Shown here: positions 17,361 through 25,168 of the stretch, in pieces | Layout of the letters: the number at the start of each line of letters is the position of its first letter | Position numbering within the stretch: position 1 is the first letter of the stretch | Source of the DNA: Candidatus Dadabacteria bacterium | GTDB taxonomy: Bacteria; Desulfobacterota_D; UBA1144; Nemesobacterales; CSP1-2 | DNA length: 25,168 nucleotides | NCBI GenBank assembly: GCA_040289575.1 | Contig: PSLL01000005.1 | Coordinates: forward strand, 86,309 to 111,476 | Direction: 5' to 3' | The notes under the pieces: generated by a model | Database searches by the model: none | The model's input: the letters and a program-made list of their open reading frames with translations, nothing else | Told to the model about the DNA's origin: nothing | Position numbers and translations under genes: made by a program

Positions 17361-18716
17361 ATAATTGCCCTCTCTTTGACCGGAGCGGGGTTTGATATAT
17401 GGTCGGCCTCTTCTTCGGAATGAGAAACGGTCGGAGCGCGAAACGTAATGAATTGAACAAGGTCCTTTGAGAATATCAGGTCTAACGTCCAGTCCAATGC
17501 AACGCGCAGTTTTTTTCAAATCGTGGCAGTTTACTGAGGTATATTGTCCACCACAGCCACCAGGCAATAAACCCTGAGAAATTGATTCCCATGATATTGG
17601 CAACGCCAGTGCGTCTTCCAATTGCTGCCAACTGTCCAATGGTTGAAAAGACAAACGGTTTTTTCTTTCTGTTACTGATCGCCGATATAATATTTTGGGT
17701 AACGACTTTTCCCTCACGCAGTGCGTGTTGGGCTGTAGGCGGACAGTATTGTCCGGTCTTACGGTTGGGAATCAGGGCACAGTCTCCGAGTGCCCACACA
17801 CCAGGCCAATCCGGGACCTCCATATACTCGTTGACTATCAACCTGCCCCGTTCCTTTTTACAGGGAAGTGTATTCAAAAGCGGGTTCGAGGATGTTCCTG
17901 CTGTCCAGACAATCATATTCGTTCTTATCATCGTCCCATCGCTGAGTTCCACACCATGGTCTGAAACCCCTGTTACCTTGGTGTTGACTTGGATTTCCAC
18001 CTTTCGTTCAGACAGTTTTTTCTGTGCATAGGCGCCGAGCTTTTCGCCGAGTTCTGGTAGAATCACGGGTCCCGGGTGTACGAGTACCACTCGGACAACA
18101 TCTCGGACAACATCCTCGTTCAGATGTGGATAGAATTTGATGGCTTCACGAATAAAGTCATTTACAGAGGCAATGGTTTCAACCCCGGCGAACCCTCCGC
18201 CGGCAACGACAAACGTAAGCAGAGGCCCGCGCATGAGAGAGCAGCACTCTGTATCGGCTTCTTCTAGGTGTACAATCAGGCGATTGCGCAGGTGGATTGC
18301 ATCGCCCAGTGATTTCATTGTGAGTGCACGCTCTTCTAGCCCCGGCAGGTTATAGAAATTCGTGATGGAGCCAAGGGCGACTACTAGATAGTCGTACTCA
18401 AGATAATGATGGTGATGGTCGAACCAATGAGAGACAGTCACACACTTGGAGGGCAGGTCAATGTGCTCAACGTCACCTTCAAAGAACTTTACACGCCTCA
18501 GGAGCCTGCGTACCGGATTCACAATGTTTGTCAGGTCTATGTCGCTCGCCGCCACCTCATGGAGCATAGGGGTGAAGAGAAAAAATTATCCCTGTTTACC
18601 AGTGTTACCTCCGCGTTTTGATTGCGGGCGAGCCATTTTTCCAATTCTATGGCCGCATACAAACCTCCAAAACCGCTGCCCAAAATCAAAACCTGTTTTC
18701 GTCCGTCTTGGCTCAT
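17357..18716 (-). CDS. ndh: Type II NADH dehydrogenase-like FAD-dependent oxidoreductase (two homopolymer frameshifts)
   Basis: VLILGSGFGG, F(L)FTPMLHEVA, YDYLVVALGS, VVAGGGFAGVE, WTAG, WALGDCA, PPTAQHA, K(K)LRVALDWTLDLIFSKD. Frameshifts at A6 18580-18585 and T7 17510-17516. Confidence 0.88.
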
Positions 18717-18760
18717 AAGAGGCATTCTCCATCTAGTGCGTTTATCCAATATCTCGTTTA

Positions 18761-18788
18761 TTAGACAAGTGGAAATTATAAATAGATT
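18761..18788 (-). promoter_or_regulatory. Putative ECF sigma promoter (copy 3) upstream of ndh-aquaporin-lactonase operon
   Basis: Minus strand AATCT-N16-TGTCTAA, with the same spacing as the copies at 22535-22562 and 22929-22956. It lies 45 nt upstream of the ATG. Confidence 0.55.
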
Positions 18789-18858
18789 TATTGATTGGAA
18801 TCCTATTATCAGTGCTTGGCAATTATACAAACTTGATGTAACATAGACGGAGATCAGT

Positions 18859-19777
18859 ATGATACCGGCGGATGAAACCTTCCATGGAACCTTCCCATTT
18901 AGGCCGCATTTTTGCGAGGCGGCCGGGTTTCGTATGCACTATGTTGATGAAGGAGAAGGAGAACCGATCATCTGTCTTCACGGCGAGCCGACATGGGGGT
19001 ATATATATCGTAGATTCATTCCGCCTCTTTCAAAGACGCACAGGGTGATCGTGCCGGATCACATGGGTTTTGGAAAGAGTGAAACGCCTCAGGGTAAAGA
19101 ATATACACTTCGCACACATGTAGAGAACCTATCGGCGCTCATAGAAGAGCTCGACCTTTGGGACATTACATTCGTCTCCCAGGACTGGGGCGGTCCCATA
19201 AGTGGTGCCTATACAGTTCGCTGCCCCGATCGCGTCAAACGCTTTTGTTTGATGAATACACTCCTCGGTTATAGCCCGTTTGTAAAAAATGCGCCCAAGT
19301 TACCGTACTTACACACTTCACCCTGGTTCACTTGGATTGCCGAGGGACTAAAGGACGGTTCGTATTATGAGGTGATGGGTAATCTGGGAAGTACCGTTCT
19401 CAGTGTCATGAAGATCTTCGGGTTTGAAAATTCCGCAGTTGTTGATGAAACCTGGCTCCACGCATATTCCGCGCCCTTTGAGAATAAAGAGGAGTGTAAA
19501 GGTGCCATTGAGTTCCCCCCTCGATGTTGCCCTACAAAGGGTGGCCGATTATGTCAAGGAAGGAACGGGCGGCATTGAAGAGTTGCGAAATAAACACGTC
19601 ATGCTTGCCGAGGGGATGCGTGATCGGGCTATTCCTCCAGAAAGGGCTATCACGGACTTTAGAACCCTATTTCCCAAGGGACCGGTAGTTGAATTAGAAA
19701 ACGTTGGCCACTTCTGTCAGGAGGATGCGCCGGAGACACTGGTTGCTTTGGTACGGCAGTTTATTCAGATGACCTAG
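18859..19777 (+). CDS. Haloalkane dehalogenase-family alpha/beta hydrolase (frameshift at C6 19515-19520)
   Basis: MHYVDEG, LHGEPTWG, PDHMGFGKS, nucleophile motif QDWGG, GHFCQED. Removing one C joins EFP to LDVAL. A possible promoter TTGGCA-N17-TAACAT lies at 18816-18844. Confidence 0.87.
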
Positions 19778-19814
19778 AGCGAATTGCGTTTGCATATGTG
19801 GGATTTAAAGTATT

Positions 19815-19927
19815 CGTCATGCCCGTTTCCCGGTTTAACCGGGGAATCAATTGATCATTCAAAATTACTGGATTCCCACTAAAGCTTGTCCTCACATGTA
19901 TTAAGTGGAGAACATACGGGAATGACA
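19815..19927. repeat. REP/dRS3-like palindromic element, copy 2
   Basis: Outer arms GTCATGCCCGT (19816-19826) / ACGGGAATGAC (19916-19926). Inner arms GGGAATCAA / CTGGATTCCC. It sits between convergent genes. Confidence 0.72.
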
Positions 19928-19984
19928 ACTCTATAGTTGATACGCTTAATGACAAACCGCACTCTTTAGTCAAAACACAATACC

Positions 19985-20284
19985 TTACCCCAGATACTTT
20001 TCATATGTGTCCCTAATCCAGAATATATCCGTACCGGAAGAAAGCAGGGCGGTCATCATAATAGTCTCCGCAATCTCTTCTTTACTTATCCCCAGGGCAA
20101 TGGCCTTCTTTATACGGGATTCCGAGCAGTGTGGGCAGCGACCGTGAACAGCAATGGAGACAGCGATTAGGGCCTTTGTTTTCTTATCTAAAGCGGTTTC
20201 ACCCTCGACCGCATTATAAAAGTCCCCCCAGCCCTTTGCCATCTCCGGGGCTCGCTTCTCAAACCACCTTTTTTCATCTGCCAT
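19985..20284 (-). CDS. Carboxymuconolactone decarboxylase/AhpD-like protein with CxxC
   Basis: ALDKKTKALIAVSIAV..RCPHC....IKKA...GISKEEIAE. Strong SD AAGGAGG. Confidence 0.9.
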   Translation of the reverse strand: MADEKRWFEKRAPEMAKGWGDFYNAVEGETALDKKTKALIAVSIAVHGRCPHCSESRIKKAIALGISKEEIAETIMMTALLSSGTDIFWIRDTYEKYLG

Positions 20285-20328
20285 TTTCTTTAACCTCCTT
20301 TTTTGTTTTTTACTCTTGTAGGTTTCCT

Positions 20329-22106
20329 CTAACCCCTTCCCTTGGGCCGCTTTTCAAAAATAACCCTATTATACGCCGTGATTAAATCCCTTCTTGAAAG
20401 CAATCCTACAATCTTTCTCGAACCGCTCGATTCGACTACAGGAAGAATCTCTACGGTTTTTTTAGCCCATTTTTTAAGGACGGTATCAAGCGTCTCATCC
20501 GGGGTTACTGTTATTACATTTAGCGTAGCGACCTCCTTAACAACAATCAAATCCTCCAGAGACTCTTCAAATATCCACTCTCTCAGGTCTTGAATTGAGA
20601 TTATTCCCGTGAGAAGCCCTTTTTCATCTACGATCGGAAATGTTGTGTAGTGGCTTTTCGGTATATACTCTATTAGCTTTCTGAGGGTCGCATTCTCTGG
20701 TATGGCTTCGATATCTCGAGTCATGACGTCCTCGACTCGAATTAGGCCTAAATCACCTGTTTCCAATTTTTCCTCTATATCTATACCCATCCTCTTAAAT
20801 TCTATGCTCTCAAGTGAACCTCCGACTAAGAGTCGTGCTACCACACTTCCGAGAACTGAGCTAATCATTATCGGGACCACAACCTGATATGTCTGTGTCA
20901 TTTCAAATATTAGAAATATCGATGTAAGCGGGGCTTGTGTGACCGCTGCAAGAAAGGCTCCCATTCCGACAGTTGCATAAGCACTACTGAGACCAACCGT
21001 TCCCGGGAAGATAATCTCGACAACCTTCCCAAATGCGCTTCCTACCATTACTCCTATAAAAATGGAGGGTGCAAATATCCCACCCGGCCATTCTGAACCG
21101 AGTGTGATGGAGGTCGCAATAGGTTTCAGAAGGATTAATCCGAGTATTACCCAAAGCGGTAGTTCACCAAGCAGTGCCTTTTCAACATGTTCGTAACCGT
21201 TTCCAAGTACATAAGGAAGAAATATTCCTATTAGGCCTATTATGCACCCCCCTAAAATGGGCTTTACTCTTGGGGGGGGAGCTCTAATCTAACAAAGGTG
21301 TCTTTTGTCCAATAAAAGAGCTTAATAAAGCCCGATGCGAGGAGTCCTGTAACGAGTCCCAAGGTCGCGTAAAAGAAAAGCTCCTTGTAGCTTACAAGCC
21401 TATAGAGAGGCACCCTAAATATAGGCGTATCTCCTCTCAGAGCACGTGATGTGATTGTGCCTATTGCCGATGAAATCACAATTGGAACAAAGCTTTCAAT
21501 CTTAAAATCCCTAAGAAGGGCAATCTCTTCGGCAAAAAGAACACCGGTAATCGGAGCGTTAAATGTTGCCGCTATTCCTGCCGCAACCCCACAGGCAACA
21601 AACACACGGATTTTGTTTCTAGAGATCCTTAGAATCTGTCCGACAAAGCTACCCACCGCACCGCCTATCTGTGCAATTGGCCCTTCCTGTCCTGCCGAGC
21701 CGCCAAATCCGAGTGTTACACATGACGCAACTGTTTTTGCTATCGTTTCCTTTGGCTTTAGTACTCCGCCCTTTAGGTTTATTCTCTCAAGAAACTTTGG
21801 GAAACTGTAGCCTAAGGCCTCAGAGGGGGGAAAAATAAAGGAAAGGAGAATTAGAATAAGTCCTCCGCCTATGGTTGATACTATTACAAACGGTGAACCC
21901 CAAAGGGGCATAACCGCTTTGGAATAAATAAATTGATAGCTTTCTATGAAAGCGAAATTCGTAAGCTCACCGAGAAACCCTATTAGAATCGCTACGAATA
22001 TAAAAAACGTATACTCATTTGAAAATAGCAAATAGATGCGATGCACCAACCGCCTAAAATTACTCTTAATTGGTTCAGAGCTAGATTCTTTTTGCGATTC
22101 TTCCAT
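20329..22106 (-). CDS. CLC-family chloride channel/transporter with C-terminal CBS pair (frameshift at G8 21272-21279)
   Basis: GGSAGQEGP, CGVAAGIAATFNAP, VLGNGY, GGIFAPS, MGAFLAAVTQAPLT, plus two CBS domains. The intervening region 21049-21270 is open in the frame of the downstream ORF. Confidence 0.92.
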
Positions 22107-22287
22107 TGCTTAATCTGGCTCTTTCATGACAAATCTAGTCTCACCGATACCCTTGGAAATGGGGGTGCAGCCCTTATTTTAAGATTCTTATCATTTAAAT
22201 CCACTGACGGTTCGAAGGCTCGGCGGTCTCTATGCGAGCAAGCTTGAATCAAATAAAGAAAATACTATACATAATGAGGCATTTTAA

Positions 22288-22503
22288 TTATACCGTAATT
22301 AGAACATGTGCGTGAGGCGGCAACTTATCGCAGGGGCCGTTTGATATTACAGGCTTAACGTTTCCTTTATTGTAATCCGGCAGCAGGCATATTACATTAC
22401 CCTCTATTGTCTGCATTCCCTCCTCATGCGCCGAGAATGCGGATGAGACCGCAAAAGCAAGAACCAGCATTAAAGATAGAGTAAGTAGGCTAACTCTCTT
22501 CAT
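22288..22503 (-). CDS. Small secreted protein with Cys/His motif, possibly truncated
   Basis: SD GGAGGT. Signal peptide MKRVSLLTLSLMLVLAFAVSSAFSA, then EGNVICLLPD...GPCDKLPPHAHVL. Confidence 0.65.
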   Translation of the reverse strand: MKRVSLLTLSLMLVLAFAVSSAFSAHEEGMQTIEGNVICLLPDYNKGNVKPVISNGPCDKLPPHAHVLITV

Positions 22504-22534
22504 TTCTTACCTCCCTAATCTTGATTTTGTCTAG

Positions 22535-22562
22535 TTAGACGTTAGGGAGGAGGAAAGGGATT
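22535..22562 (-). promoter_or_regulatory. Putative ECF sigma promoter (copy 2)
   Basis: Minus strand AATCC-ctttcctcctccctaa-CGTCTAA, 32 nt upstream of ATG 22503. Confidence 0.7.
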
Positions 22563-22596
22563 TAAAAATTTGACGGTGTTGAGAATGACGGGCGGA

Positions 22597-22892
22597 TTAA
22601 CCCTTAGTTGAGAATCCTTTAATCTTCTTTTGAATAAATTCTCTCACCCGATTTTTTGCCTCTGGCGGAATATCCTCATATCGTAAAGATCGTGTGGATT
22701 GTATGGTTTTTTGTATGTATTTAAAAAGGCTACACAGTCCGGACAGAGACTTAAATGCTCCTCAAACGCCTGGGTCGCTCTGGGATCCATCTTCCCCTTT
22801 ATGTAGTCCATAATCAGAGACACAACCCGCTTACAGGTTATCTTGGCTCCATTTGATAATTTCTTTCACCGGACTGGATTTTGCTTAACCAT
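22597..22892 (-). pseudogene. Soluble zf-HC2 (ZAS) anti-sigma factor, frameshifted; missed by the ORF track
   Basis: ...KLSNGAKITCKRVVSLIMDYIKGKMDPRATQAFEEHLSLCPDCVAFLNTYKK / TIQSTRSLRYEDIPPEAKNRVREFIQKKIKGFSTKG*, with the Hx3Cx2C motif. Frameshift at T6 22707-22712 and another near the start. Confidence 0.85.
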
Positions 22893-22928
22893 TAAGGATT
22901 GGACTGAATGTAAATATTCTAATTGACT

Positions 22929-22957
22929 TTAGACGTTAGAAAAGAGTGTTTGGATTC
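22929..22957 (-). promoter_or_regulatory. Putative ECF sigma promoter (copy 1)
   Basis: Minus strand GAATCC-aaacactcttttctaa-CGTCTAA, 37 nt upstream of the anti-sigma ATG. Confidence 0.7.
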
Positions 22958-23020
22958 GGGTTAGAGGTTTAATTTGAGGACGCGGTTTTCTATCCTGCAT
23001 CATGAATCATGTATCTTGTA

Positions 23021-23713
23021 TCATTTTACATAATTGTGTCCAAGGGATTCCGACAGTTTACCGCGCAGAAAGAGTCGCGCTCTATGGAGTCGCGCCTTAA
23101 CTGCCTGGATGGTTAATTCCAGAGCCTCTCCAACCTCGCGGTTTGACATATCTTCGAGATCGCTCATCACTACCACAGTCCTGTCTACAGGCGAAAGCTG
23201 ATCCAGAGCCTGGTGTATAATCTGACTGATTTCATTGCCGGCGACGAGTTTATCAATGTCTTGAGACCAATCAATCACGGGCATAAGATGATGGCCGTCC
23301 TCCTTAAATTTGAGCATATAGTCATCCAATGAGACCTCTTTTTCTCTTTTACACCGACGGAGTTTTGTGAGGGCTGCATTCACAGTAAGACAGTAGAGCC
23401 ATGTTGAGAACTTCGATTTGCCTTGAAAGGTCTTTGCCTTCCTATAAGCCAGCAGGAAAACCTCTTGGACAACATCTTCTGCGTCGGCCTCGTTTCCTGT
23501 AAGCTTTAGCACCTGACGATACACCCTGCTGACATAGCGATCGAAGATTAATTCGAAGGCTCTATGGTCCCCCCCCTTGACACGCTCTATGAGCGATCGC
23601 TCTTCGTCGGATGGAATCACTAGCGTAATGTCTTTTGGGTATGCGCTGACCATAGAGGAATCATAATGGATTTCATTTTTTATCTTTTCAACCCCCGTGT
23701 TAACCTCTTCCAT
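23021..23713 (-). CDS. ECF-family RNA polymerase sigma factor
   Basis: Start at ATG 23713 after AGGAGGG. Region 2: DAEDVVQEVFL...FQGKSKFSTWLY. Region 4: LEDMSNREVGEALELTIQAVKARLHRAR. Confidence 0.95.
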   Translation of the reverse strand: MEEVNTGVEKIKNEIHYDSSMVSAYPKDITLVIPSDEERSLIERVKGGDHRAFELIFDRYVSRVYRQVLKLTGNEADAEDVVQEVFLLAYRKAKTFQGKSKFSTWLYCLTVNAALTKLRRCKREKEVSLDDYMLKFKEDGHHLMPVIDWSQDIDKLVAGNEISQIIHQALDQLSPVDRTVVVMSDLEDMSNREVGEALELTIQAVKARLHRARLFLRGKLSESLGHNYVK

Positions 23714-23761
23714 CTTTTCCCTCCTTCTGGGCATTAAAAATCCCACCCATGCGATTTTTTT

Positions 23762-24049
23762 CTATTCTCTGTCGTTACTTATCAATTTGTTTGCTTCTAG
23801 GAGCGTTTCAATGAATAGAGAGTAATTGACTATTAATACCCGATTATCCTTTATCCTCTTTAGTACTTTTAGGCTATTATTATCAATGAAAGCCACACCG
23901 GAGAGATCCAATACAACGGTTTTGCCTTTTTCATCCCTGTAATGTAGACATAACTCTTCTAAATCCGATGCCGATGTCCCAACCATTTTGTCATCCAATT
24001 TCAGGGCTATCGTTTTTTCATCCTCAGAGGTTTCTGTAATTCTAAGCAT
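23762..24049 (-). CDS. STAS-domain-like small protein (putative anti-sigma antagonist)
   Basis: MLRIT...LKLD..MVG....LEELC...VVLDLSGVAFID...L. Confidence 0.75.
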   Translation of the reverse strand: MLRITETSEDEKTIALKLDDKMVGTSASDLEELCLHYRDEKGKTVVLDLSGVAFIDNNSLKVLKRIKDNRVLIVNYSLFIETLLEANKLISNDRE

Positions 24050-24078
24050 TCCTGTAATTTCTCCTACGCTGTTTTATT

Positions 24079-24095
24079 CGCAAAAGGTGTGCCAA
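24079..24095 (-). promoter_or_regulatory. sigma54 (-24/-12) promoter driving STAS-ECF operon
   Basis: Minus strand TTGGCAC-ACCTT-TTGCG matches TGGCAC-N5-TTGC exactly and lies 30 nt upstream of ATG 24049. Confidence 0.85.
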
Positions 24096-24202
24096 TATTG
24101 TAGGGGCAATTCATGAATTGTCCCTACTCTAGTCTAATTAGCTCAACTTATACGATTAATTGATTTCCTTTCCGTTATTTGTCTTTTATTTACTAATTCA
24201 AT

Positions 24203-24237
24203 CCACGAAATATCGTGGCCGCCACGAAATATCATAG
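24203..24237. promoter_or_regulatory. Tandem palindromic enhancer-like sites (candidate bEBP UAS)
   Basis: CCACGAAATATCGTGG (24203-24218, arms CCACGA/TCGTGG) and CCACGAAATATCATAG (24222-24237), about 110-140 bp upstream of the sigma54 site. Confidence 0.7.
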
Positions 24238-24397
24238 CAGATGGGACTTATGTTTAATCCGGATTCAACTTATGAACCTCAAATCCCTTTATACATGCCA
24301 ATAAGGCTGTGTATTGTACTGAGGTCTTGAACCTTGATTCACATCGGTTTGAAAGCTATATTGTATGTAATAGCTAAGCTTCTATGACAGACAAGTC

Positions 24398-25168
24398 ATG
24401 AAAGACATTGATGGGAAGGAAGAATCGGATCGAATCAGAGAAATTGAACAAAATGTTCAAGAATCCAACGAGAGACTGTCCGCAGCGGATTCGGAATTGC
24501 TTCGGCACCTTGCGGCGGGGACGGCATCATCTCTGGCGCCGATTTTTTTTTCAATTCGCTTGTCTGCTATGTTGCCTCCGCGCTCCGCGTGCGTTACGCC
24601 TTCGTTACCGAGTGTACGGATGCAACAGTGACAAGGGTTCGTACGCTCGCCTTTTGGATGGGCAAAGGCTTTGGCGACAACTTCGAGTACGCTCTGGCTG
24701 ACACCCCCTGCGAAAATGTAATCGGCGGTGATATGCTATTATCCAAAGGACTTACAGATACTCTTTCCCAAGGATAAAGGACTGGTCGAGTGGAGGGCAG
24801 AGAGTTTTCTGGGAATACCGATCCGCGATTCGAGGGGTCATATTTTGGGTCACCTAGCTGCACTCGATGATAAACCCCGCGGAGTGTCTATTTTGCGGAT
24901 TTTTGCTGCCCGGGCAGGTATGGAACTGGAGCGCAAGCGGGCGGAGGAGAAATTGCTGGGAGCCTACAACGATCTGCGTCGCGTAACCGCGGAACTCAGT
25001 GTCCTGCTCGACGTTAACCGGGCCATCAGCCGACATCTCGAACGCGATGGGCTGTTCGGTGCTTTGGCCAGTTGCCTACGGGGTCTTTTGCGGATTGACC
25101 GGTTCGGAATAGAGCTTCCTCTCGGTGATGACAAACTGCAGGGGCATCTGCTGATACCGCGCGGCGGG
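24398..25168 (+). CDS. Tandem-GAF sensor protein, probably an FhlA-like sigma54 activator (partial; two frameshifts)
   Basis: Reconstruction: LRHLAAGTAS / GADFFFNSLVCYVASALRVRYAFVTEC...VRTLAFW...FEYALADTPCENVIGG / CYYPKDLQILFPKD...ESFLGIPIRDSRGHILGHLAALDDKP..ILRIFAARAGMELERKRAEE...LLDVNRAISRHL. Frameshifts at ~24530 and ~24733. The AAA+ domain is outside the window. Confidence 0.75.

Noticed and set aside
16926..17717. 263-aa ORF as a single protein
   Set aside because: The first 119 codons are an alternative frame of ndh; only the part from 17360 is aquaporin.
21272..21279. Phase variation or programmed frameshifting at homopolymers
   Set aside because: The runs are short (6-8 nt) and similar indels hit essential gyrA, so sequencing error is the simpler explanation.
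22141..22172. ATACCCTTGGAA / GGGGTGC resembling TPP riboswitch pieces; also checked for a fluoride riboswitch before the CLC gene
   Set aside because: Wrong strand and order, with no CTGAGA or CCTGAT core. No GGCGATGG...CTGATG fluoride signature either.
24153..24165. IHF-like site AATCAATTAATCG between enhancer and sigma54 promoter
   Set aside because: The position is plausible, but it mismatches WATCAANNNNTTR in an AT-rich region, so it is too weak to call.

Overview
Bacterial chromosomal window of about 43% GC (estimated by eye). It looks like an uncultured Desulfobacterota/Dadabacteria-type assembly, but that taxonomy is a guess. The left ~16 kb is mostly housekeeping and metabolic genes: an S1-domain gene end, an Eda/KDPG-aldolase-fold protein that has lost its catalytic residues, tRNA-Ser(CGA), a JAB(RadC-like)-DinG helicase fusion, a decayed vapBC pair, a CaCA antiporter, a PLP decarboxylase, gyrA, a TPR lipoprotein, PaaI, GST, a decayed secreted beta-helix-like gene, tRNA-Gly(GCC), proB and glcF. 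The right ~9 kb holds an accessory regulatory island whose wiring can be read from the DNA. A divergent tandem-GAF regulator (FhlA-like N-terminus) sits next to tandem palindromic enhancer-like sites and a perfect sigma54 promoter. That promoter drives a STAS-like gene and an ECF sigma factor. Three identically spaced ECF-type promoter motifs lie upstream of an unannotated zf-HC2 anti-sigma gene, a small secreted Cys/His protein, and an NDH-2/aquaporin/gluconolactonase operon. A haloalkane-dehalogenase-family hydrolase, a CxxC AhpD/CMD protein and a CLC-CBS channel with a non-canonical filter are interleaved. Many 1-4 nt indels, including one in the essential gyrA, suggest sequencing/assembly error. 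Some island lesions (a ~31 nt deletion and a microhomology gene fusion) look like real decay.
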